A stretch of 36,602 nt of DNA. Source: a virus (lineage: Duplodnaviria; Caudoviricetes). The stretch lies in IMG/VR virus record IMGVR_UViG_3300043443_000129, positions 1 to 36,602 of that record; one strand, given 5' to 3'. The position numbers were made by a program, and so were the translations under genes. Under the pieces are notes generated by a model. That model ran no database searches and was not told the origin of the DNA. It saw only the letters and a list, made by a program, of their open reading frames with translations. Position 1 is the stretch's first letter, and every line of letters begins with the position of its first letter. Of this stretch, positions 18,601-24,436 are shown one piece after another.

Positions 18601-21600
18601 ACGATGGTCTGTTTCTCTTGACGAGTAGAGAACTGGTACTTGTTCAGCGCACTACGTACGACAGTACCATCCTTAATACGTACGGCCTTGCCAGCAACGA
18701 AGCTGTTGCGCATCTCAGTCAAGAAGTCAAGAAGCTCCTTCTTGTTTTGGATTCGCTTCTTGATTCCAAGAAAATTCAACAGCTTGTTAATCAGGGCCTT
18801 AACCTTGTCAAAGAAGGTTGGGTGTTGGTCAAGCTGGTCAAACAGCTCGGGCTCAGAGAACTGGGCCAAGAACTCAGTAAGGGTCTCCTTCGGATTGCCT
18901 TCCTTGAGGATGACGCGCATACGACGCATAGCCGTAGTACGAGCAAGCTCATCAGGAGCGGTCTCTACAATCTTACGAATCTCCTCCGTAAGACGGTTAG
19001 CAAAGAACGAATCCTTAGATACAAGAGCATCTACGATTGGGTGAATGATTTCGTGGCGAATCACACGGAACTCATTCTTGCTGATTTCATTGTCCTTCGT
19101 AGGCGTTACTACTACGTGGATTTCTCCATTCTTATCATCATAGTATCCCTCTACATCACCAGTACGCTGGTTTTCTGGAAGAGTGCTGTCAATAGACTCC
19201 TGAGTGTAGTGCACAACCATCTTCACGTCAGGAAGCACGTTGTAAAGCACGCTCAAGTATCGGTCAAGAACAGCAGATGTCTTCTTAGAGAGTCGAGAGA
19301 CAGGAGCGCCAATCTTAGCTACCTCAATGTCACTAATAGCCTCACGCTCAACATCACTCATCGCTGTAGACGGCTTAGCAGCAGGACGAGGCTTAGCCTT
19401 CACCTTCTTCTTGGTCTCTATCTTGCGGGTAACAGTTTCGTATGCCTGCTCAAAATCGTACTGCGGAATATCTCCAAGCTGTTCAATCTGTCCTTGAATA
19501 GCAATATCAAGGGCAAGGTTTGCGTCCTCTGCGGACTCACGAGCCTTAGAAAGCTTGGCCGCCTCTTCGGTGCGGTTAAGAATGACAAACGTCTGGGGAG
19601 ATACATCCTGACCAAGCGGGGTGCGCTTGCGGACACGAGCGCCCATAATGCGGCCGTCGTTGTCGAATATTGACTCTACGTATTCAATGTCAGTAATACG
19701 AGGGAATGCATCGGTAATGCGGCGGCTCTCAATGCGCTGAACGCCATCAGCCCACGTGTCACCAAGTCCTTTCTTGATTTCCTCTGGCGCAGCACGTCTG
19801 TATGTTACAACATCTACATTACCATCAGGCTGTTCCTCAAGGATAGATACAGCACCGTAGCGCTCGTCGCCTACCCTTACTGGGGCATTACGTAGTCGCT
19901 CTCCGAGGGGGAGCTTTCCGACCTTTTCTGCTTTAGGGCGCTCAACTCTTTTAGGAGCTCCAACTGGGACTCTTTCGGTAACGTTTTGAGCAGTAATCTC
20001 TGTTTTGTTGTCATAGTAGTCAATTTCATCAAAAAGTTCTGTAAGAAGTTCGGTCGCCGCTTCTTTCTCGGCGCTATCCGGCATAGCAGCAACATTGCTG
20101 ATAGCCGAGATAATCTGTTCCTGTGCAGCATTGGCATCGTTGATGTCTACTTCTAGGCCTTCCTGCATAGCTTGGAAGATTGGCAGAGAAGCAACAGCAT
20201 CAACCTCAGCCTCAAACTGCGGTAGAATTACTTCTTCTTGCTCAGATACTTGAAGTACTCCACCTGCTTCAGGCGCTTCTTGGCCTGCTCCAGCGACAGG
20301 TTGGGCTTCGACAACGGTTTCCCCTTCTCCGACAATACTTGGTACTTGTCCTTCTTGCGAACTATCATAGCGGTTAGTTATTTCTTTGAGTTGATTATAC
20401 GTATCAAAAATCTGGGTCTTGAGTACATCTTTTGCAGTTTCATCTTGACTTTCAACACGTTGCTGAGCTAAGGTTTCAAGCTCCGTACTTAAGACATATG
20501 CCTTATTCTGGTCCTCAGGAGTCATTGACTCGAAGTACTGGATACTAGACTTCATCTCTCCGTCACGGCGAGCCTGAAGGTCAATAATCTGTCTTCCAAT
20601 AACCTCACGGTCTTGAGGAGTTGGAGCGGACAGCATATCCTCTTTGAGCTTATTGATGGCGGTGTCAATCTTCTTTACCTCGAAGTTGCGACCAATCTTA
20701 TTGGCCAAGAAAATAGGAGCCTCTACAGCAGACGGAGCTGACAGGAGTGCAGCCATACCTACGCCACTTGCAGCAGAACGCTTAAATGCATCAAATGCGC
20801 CATTAAGCGTTACCTCCTGACCTTTAGCGAGACCATCTGTAACGTATTGTCCTACGCCAGTAATGCCTTCACCAAGAGCGTTTTCAGAAAGGTTTACACC
20901 ACTACGTTTTAGTGCTCCGCCAATAAAGTCCTTGAGTGCCTCCTCGGATGCCTTTCTTGACGAGGAAACAGCCATACCACGAAGCGCACGAGCGGCAGCA
21001 CGAGAGCCAGCTAATTCACCAATGCCTTCAAATGCACCAGTTCCGATAGTGTATCCAGCCTTGCCCATAGGACTAAGCTCCTTAAACCACTTCTCGTCTT
21101 TTACGTCACCGTATGTCTGAGCAGCAGAAAGTGACGACATAACAGCATACGCCGCATACGGATTCTCCAGCGCCATAGGAGCCGTAGCCAGCATAATCGG
21201 TGCGCTTTCAGCCGTGGTGTTTAGTGCAATACGGGCTGCGTTAGAGTAATCATTGTCCTTTAATGAATCGTAGAAATCCTGCTCAAACTGAGTGGTGCTT
21301 CTACGCATTGACTCATCAAACAGTTTATCTGAAATCTCATACGGGATTCCAAATCTGTCTACATCAATACCAATGCTGTTCTTGATACCCTTCTCCAGAG
21401 AGTAAACGCCTCGGCTTAGGTAAGCAGCAGCGTCAAGAAGAGGGTTTTGGTCATTGTAACGCTTGTCTCCAGTAAGGTCTAAACCAATGCCTTCTTCGAG
21501 CCATATATCATCTTCAACCTTCTTAAGGTAAATAGGGTCTTCTCTACGGTCTTCTGGGATAGCCTGAAGCACATTAGCCTTAACCTGTTTCTTGATGTCA

Positions 21601-22190
21601 TCTTGGATTGCAGCAGCGTACTTTTCCTTCTTTAGATTCAGGTCTTTATTCTTCGCAAACTGAATCTGCTGGTCCATAAAGGCAGCATTCTCTGGGCCAC
21701 GCGCCTGCTTGAGCGCTTGAGCACGCTCTACTTCTGGACTCAGACGAGTATCATTTTTGGCTCTGTTCTCGGCTATCCGAGTGAACAGATTTTGCGGGTC
21801 GCCACCGAGCGTAGAAATCTCTTGCTCAGATAGTTCGCCTGATTTTACAGCATTTTGAATAGTGCTTAGTGCAGCAGAATTGAAGATGTCTTCTCTGCTG
21901 ATTCCAAGCTTACGAGACTCACTCTTTGGCTCTTCCTTTTTTAAAGGCTGCTGTGAAGGTATAGCTGTCTTTGCCGATGTAGACGGTGCAGGAGCCTCCA
22001 TAGATTCCTGCCTGTCCTGTAAACCACCGAAAAGCGACTCTTCTTTTTTTTTTACGGTACCGTACTTCTTTTTGAAGTCTCCTACAACAAACTGAATATT
22101 TTCATCTGACTCGCCATTGGCAACCATCTTGCTGACGATGCCATCAAGTCTACTTCTGTCTTTTTCGGATAAAATCAGTTCGTCTTCCAT
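12597..22190 (-). CDS. giant polyvalent virion/ejection protein (3197 aa): zincin metallopeptidase + degenerate zincin + LPD38-like C-terminus
   Basis: VEGYYD...IHV...RHEIIH...ETLTEF zincin (~aa 1046); EARSVVDFSKGG...APYLNVAFQ and YEDVDPY..YRY.II...YIRLKKP LPD38-like motifs; position after the tail and ejection genes. Confidence 0.8.
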   Translation of the reverse strand: MEDELILSEKDRSRLDGIVSKMVANGESDENIQFVVGDFKKKYGTVKKKEESLFGGLQDRQESMEAPAPSTSAKTAIPSQQPLKKEEPKSESRKLGISREDIFNSAALSTIQNAVKSGELSEQEISTLGGDPQNLFTRIAENRAKNDTRLSPEVERAQALKQARGPENAAFMDQQIQFAKNKDLNLKKEKYAAAIQDDIKKQVKANVLQAIPEDRREDPIYLKKVEDDIWLEEGIGLDLTGDKRYNDQNPLLDAAAYLSRGVYSLEKGIKNSIGIDVDRFGIPYEISDKLFDESMRRSTTQFEQDFYDSLKDNDYSNAARIALNTTAESAPIMLATAPMALENPYAAYAVMSSLSAAQTYGDVKDEKWFKELSPMGKAGYTIGTGAFEGIGELAGSRAAARALRGMAVSSSRKASEEALKDFIGGALKRSGVNLSENALGEGITGVGQYVTDGLAKGQEVTLNGAFDAFKRSAASGVGMAALLSAPSAVEAPIFLANKIGRNFEVKKIDTAINKLKEDMLSAPTPQDREVIGRQIIDLQARRDGEMKSSIQYFESMTPEDQNKAYVLSTELETLAQQRVESQDETAKDVLKTQIFDTYNQLKEITNRYDSSQEGQVPSIVGEGETVVEAQPVAGAGQEAPEAGGVLQVSEQEEVILPQFEAEVDAVASLPIFQAMQEGLEVDINDANAAQEQIISAISNVAAMPDSAEKEAATELLTELFDEIDYYDNKTEITAQNVTERVPVGAPKRVERPKAEKVGKLPLGERLRNAPVRVGDERYGAVSILEEQPDGNVDVVTYRRAAPEEIKKGLGDTWADGVQRIESRRITDAFPRITDIEYVESIFDNDGRIMGARVRKRTPLGQDVSPQTFVILNRTEEAAKLSKARESAEDANLALDIAIQGQIEQLGDIPQYDFEQAYETVTRKIETKKKVKAKPRPAAKPSTAMSDVEREAISDIEVAKIGAPVSRLSKKTSAVLDRYLSVLYNVLPDVKMVVHYTQESIDSTLPENQRTGDVEGYYDDKNGEIHVVVTPTKDNEISKNEFRVIRHEIIHPIVDALVSKDSFFANRLTEEIRKIVETAPDELARTTAMRRMRVILKEGNPKETLTEFLAQFSEPELFDQLDQHPTFFDKVKALINKLLNFLGIKKRIQNKKELLDFLTEMRNSFVAGKAVRIKDGTVVRSALNKYQFSTRQEKQTIVRRFLAEDAEVRIDIDADIVPTEEIQNLNPALSTVLPLIEKLSTKMNLPFVVVNDKKFDYVSKVGFFNFPDLRTGTVVEQMMPVDAVESFRKKGYNIPKDIKADKFIVINAAAKNVDQAIYGYSAVFIEMLKEQNPSAFSSVMSSVLSSKKGADPIVNQAVDSYEELNEIAMSEGLYNKIKGNKVYESIELNNKEIREALAYTALADAFQDYIRNNSAESAAQSSFANNVVDVAKVEFDEQLRPTPMSIAEFNSTSRLDDFANLLASATEVPSFSQYKTKTLEEAKERIMASLFSKVKAKEFAADADAMVERMTRDDVVYKTGDAPLSELSKLYIRGYMSEVHMATGNVELLYQAFTSPLNPAGYDDSSASFQALLDEYQVQRAKIVDKLTSSLSSSNLASLRLDSFITDSELDTPLEELIPYVDEDIDTDTSASIQKSLMGEDGQGIALMLAMAPASRSFELNAYIVHQDVSLSKAMPSNVDAVLADAKEGIVHVRKVGAGSSDNYHRLKFTKRGIVDASTNEAASQEQLVSLGNAIAIAKLNVSKVAFKTFVNPNYVSNDFGYVVFPELKAEMQAAISDIGISFTAYLYKPAVSTSGEAGYRVMLSEFSEPSTELRSYIKDTLNSLIGYNEKASNKDRSIKSIYDKIDKEGVVSIDDLRLAISTMGQGIASRDLYTRTLSFPHTWKVPMLHRGLDVIKEDYKGKEIQDTYTINLTYNPNTRIIGVAYDSKVFGYNNIPPFLSSGTSEIFSKIVSTIPTMFPDIEYAGLDFTAVNDSKDDKMGLYNEYIDKLTELSKSNDEKVAKEAIDLLSKEHKHDKEVSNYRRVQLNNQAYIRKVGQLFSLKVNKDNEVLLGDFEYVDKLGVLYAFPSEKYDELMNSLSQANFDSLSETEKVNLLQETLERLNARVILDEAQIRKNSKRLNLDPIDYVEQYAKLFQAHSMNGEIIPIPKIFMNLNSPTQFTRSAVQFSKRIKLSPVEESAEDAALDKVAKASYDSDKEYAERMKLFNEKKTNILSKKAWLDRQADIREAMLDGGMDYAENLMTLRAGAQANATDLFNRAEKLIYRDLSRGEIEALDQIIFMRRVIQIDSNWDERKALAEQNLNNFDAKMVVDIKAIDELIKSEKAKSKPDNKFISELENDKMNIRQQREKLKEYADDYAVRPKHPKGLNAEEAIQAITAMERKLGATMFGKLNMRADAYFDEFRNILRTYEQNGLIDKQTFDRFVKDDYEPRKFVEKIFEALDDEVFERSGMGLKQDVLKSIQEGSEGNLLMDSRMLLSLAYKSQEAKRFENIANRELAKEISPDSADFLRKANYATLFDGSIATDQYGNSKVDPADKGFTNVFYKENGKLRAFQLRNDMYVQWQDANRSFFGVGGRAKKILSSLSGAPVLRAFATGYNIFFGFGLVVPETLAVVMARNKIYGKDSLLPVALLKMAKDYAVGIYSKATDQELVRDYFAHGGGMSFMSQEFRPEYRFKEKYKNSFEYALAKRWNRVTKGIAFTGETFEIGIRLAVYSRMISNLKQQYPDLAKTKDGLEKIKFMAAAEARSVVDFSKGGTLTKDLDAIAPYLNVAFQATLATFNGIKDNPKAFAEKFFQYAAGLMGLVFYNILTYGDDEYEDVDPYMRYRYHIILLPTKDEDGKRQYIRLKKPQQLLPLTVPIEMLAHSWASTINGKPKKFSEEEVKLAWENAADGVPFFVPGIDKAYDLMNRVPVMSVIAKSFFNYDSFRNATIVPEYIFGQVEPYAEGRSSDRVEYFYKALAKASESEYIPDISAPRLKAGVESIITSPTTNFLVGVAYGVLDLAARAATDSLNIEDVDLSDKQLQESVEGRATRELKNIKSNATKVFVRSVNPNWPDYVKRSGSQQEIKLEESTEDYLASEKIKALANKHKEQGHFNKNGKRYQEELNKILSTVPAEKRERIGRKYFYAIASSDKDKSLMSIRFADTPSEAARVFYDKFGKLEPEEFNDVMKDLRETGFRPNEEFYAVIRKLYSQK
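20228..20368 (-). CDS. nested small basic protein (46 aa) in the +1 frame of the giant gene
   Basis: MIVRKKDKYQVLSEKGKPLSKPNLSLEQAKKRLKQVEYFKYLSKKK; A-rich leader; resembles a recalled stand-alone phage family ending AxKRLxQ(V/I)EYFK. Confidence 0.7.
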   Translation of the reverse strand: MIVRKKDKYQVLSEKGKPLSKPNLSLEQAKKRLKQVEYFKYLSKKK

Positions 22191-23512
22191 CAGTAACCAT
22201 ATTTCGCTCTGAGGTCCGCAGCGTTAGTCGCTTTGGGTGCCCCTGAAGCACTACTCGAAGATACGTCATTTCCGAATAGGAAATTGTATGTAGGAGCGTC
22301 CTTCTTGCGAATAAGGTACTGTTGTAGTGATGCGATGTCTTGAGGTGTAGCTTCCACCATATCAGAGCCTTGCGCTCCGCCAAATACATTTTGAGCATCA
22401 GTTCCTTCTGAGTCTTTGTACGACACATAGATATTTCCATTCGGAAGTCTTCCGAACTCTACAATCTGACGTGAGCCAGAATAAATGCCATCCTGAGCTT
22501 GGAATCCAGTAGCCGGCTCACTGGACTGAGGTGGAACAATGTTGGTTCCAAGTGCACCCATTTCAACCTTGGCTCCCTTTCCTTCTACTGGTCGCTCAAA
22601 TGGGCTGTGAAGCGTAGCTCCCTTAGGGCCACTGCCGAATCCGAATCCATAAGACGACGCAGCCTGACGCTGTAGCTCGTCTTGACGAACAGTGTAAGGA
22701 TTGATAGATGCCTCAGGGACGAGAAGGTCAGTGTACTTGATTGTCTCGTTCTTATAGTTGTTAATCCATTCAGGTGCCTGTGGATTACTCAGGATATTAT
22801 CTACTTGGCTATAGTCTGTTACCTGCCCCCCTTCGCCAATCTGACGCAGGTTAACTCCAGACCAAATGGCTGCATTCTTTTGAAACTCAGGAGACTGCAA
22901 TCTGACAGTGACAGTATCATTAATCCATTTTTCTCTGTCTGCTGGATTATACTTACCTGTCTTAGGGTCGATGAAGCTGAACTTAGCTGACTCATCCCAG
23001 TCCTTACGCACATCACGAGCAAGCTGATATGGGTCCATCATCTTGTACTCGAACTTTCTGTCAAGGACAAAAGGCTGTGATGCACGAGACAGAATAGCGC
23101 CTCTATCAAGCATTTCGCTGTTTATTCCTGAGTATAGGTCTTTAGCCGACATACCGCGAAGATTAAACTTCTCAGGCTCCATCATAGCTGCTGCCGTTTC
23201 CCTAAGGACAGACTGAGTATAAGCCATACCAGCACCAGCCAGCTCAGCGTACTCTTGGTATGCACGGTTAAGCGCAGTGCGATTAGATGGGCTGTCATTC
23301 ATCTCTACCTCAGTAGACAATGCTTGAACCTCGTCCCACGCTTTTTGAACCTCAGGACGAACTCCGTCAAGAAGCTGTCCCTGCGCCTTGGTGAACTTAC
23401 CTAAATACTCAGCAAGACGATTTTCACGCTCTTGCTTCTGAGCCTTTAGCTGCTGAGCGTAACCAACTAAGTCTGGAGTGTTTAATACTACGGGAGGTGG
23501 TGCTATTGCCAT
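22190..23512 (-). CDS. putative internal virion (ejection) protein
   Basis: 440 aa with a helical N-terminus; lies between the tail stabiliser and the giant protein; stop-start coupling at both ends. Confidence 0.65.
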   Translation of the reverse strand: MAIAPPPVVLNTPDLVGYAQQLKAQKQERENRLAEYLGKFTKAQGQLLDGVRPEVQKAWDEVQALSTEVEMNDSPSNRTALNRAYQEYAELAGAGMAYTQSVLRETAAAMMEPEKFNLRGMSAKDLYSGINSEMLDRGAILSRASQPFVLDRKFEYKMMDPYQLARDVRKDWDESAKFSFIDPKTGKYNPADREKWINDTVTVRLQSPEFQKNAAIWSGVNLRQIGEGGQVTDYSQVDNILSNPQAPEWINNYKNETIKYTDLLVPEASINPYTVRQDELQRQAASSYGFGFGSGPKGATLHSPFERPVEGKGAKVEMGALGTNIVPPQSSEPATGFQAQDGIYSGSRQIVEFGRLPNGNIYVSYKDSEGTDAQNVFGGAQGSDMVEATPQDIASLQQYLIRKKDAPTYNFLFGNDVSSSSASGAPKATNAADLRAKYGY

Positions 23513-24420
23513 TACTTCTGCTTATTGAATTTTTTTAACAACTGACGGAAGTATGCGCTTTCCTTGCTGAGCTTCTTCTGTTGAGCGGGATTCAAGATTA
23601 CCTCTCCTCCAGTCATCTCTCCAATCTTCTCCCCCTTGCGAATGATGTCAATTGGATTAGTCTTATGGCTGAACTTACCACCAGTCATCATACCTCCGTC
23701 TTCAAATGCGAACTTAGAAAGCTCCTGAGCTCTTTTAATCAGCTCTGCGTTATCAACCAAAGAGGGAATTTTGCTCATTGGCTTAACCATCTGTCCTGCA
23801 GGAGCGATGTCTAACTCCTCAGTAAACGAAGCCATCTCGCCAGGGGCAACATCAGCAGTTTTTTGATTGTCAAATCCATCTTTTCCAGTCTCAAGAGCAA
23901 TAAGGCCCTTAGCTACTGAGCCTGCAGCATTAAATGCATTTTGCAGTCCAGCAGCACGAGCAGCCTGAGCCTCGCCAAAACGAGTTTCGTATACATCACG
24001 AGCACGTCCTTGAGCACGTTCATCGGCAAGAGCAAGAGATTCTGCTGCTTTTATCTCACGAAGCATCTGAGCATTTAGAACGTCTTGAGTTTGAGACGCT
24101 TGGCCTTCAGCAATATTTCCAATACCAGCAACAACAGCCTGAGGACCGCCAGCTTGAAGTGCTTGTAGGTACGTCTGAGCAGCTCGGTTGATTTCGTCTA
24201 GGTTTTTTTGTACAATCTTTTGGTTCTGAGAGCTCTCGTACAGGTCTCGGAATGCCATAGGAGTAGCAGTTGACGGAGCCTTTAGCTTATTAGCGGCTGC
24301 CGTTCCACCAAAATATTGCGCTCCACTAATTAAAGCTTGAAGACCACCAAGTGCCGCCTGAGCAGCAATGGCTCCACCAACACTGTATTTCTTTACTGGT
24401 TTTCCTTTTTTAACCTTCAT
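23512..24420 (-). CDS. putative ejection/pilot protein
   Basis: Gly/Ala-rich amphipathic N-terminus, Gln/Ala coiled coil, C-terminal FEDGG..TGG.FSH..NPI...GEMTGGEVILNP domain. Confidence 0.65.
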   Translation of the reverse strand: MKVKKGKPVKKYSVGGAIAAQAALGGLQALISGAQYFGGTAAANKLKAPSTATPMAFRDLYESSQNQKIVQKNLDEINRAAQTYLQALQAGGPQAVVAGIGNIAEGQASQTQDVLNAQMLREIKAAESLALADERAQGRARDVYETRFGEAQAARAAGLQNAFNAAGSVAKGLIALETGKDGFDNQKTADVAPGEMASFTEELDIAPAGQMVKPMSKIPSLVDNAELIKRAQELSKFAFEDGGMMTGGKFSHKTNPIDIIRKGEKIGEMTGGEVILNPAQQKKLSKESAYFRQLLKKFNKQK

Positions 24421-24424
24421 AATA

Positions 24425-24432
24425 CAAAGATA
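24425..24432 (-). promoter_or_regulatory. -7 promoter box TATCTTTG, 4 nt before ATG 24420
   Basis: CAAAGATA on the + strand in a 16-bp intergenic gap. Confidence 0.55.
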
Positions 24433-24436
24433 TTAT

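Noticed and set aside
18618-19673. 351-aa + strand ORF and other long antisense ORFs (e.g. 14610-15227, 31845-32444)
   Set aside because: Antisense shadows of strongly codon-biased genes, with no motifs or initiation context.
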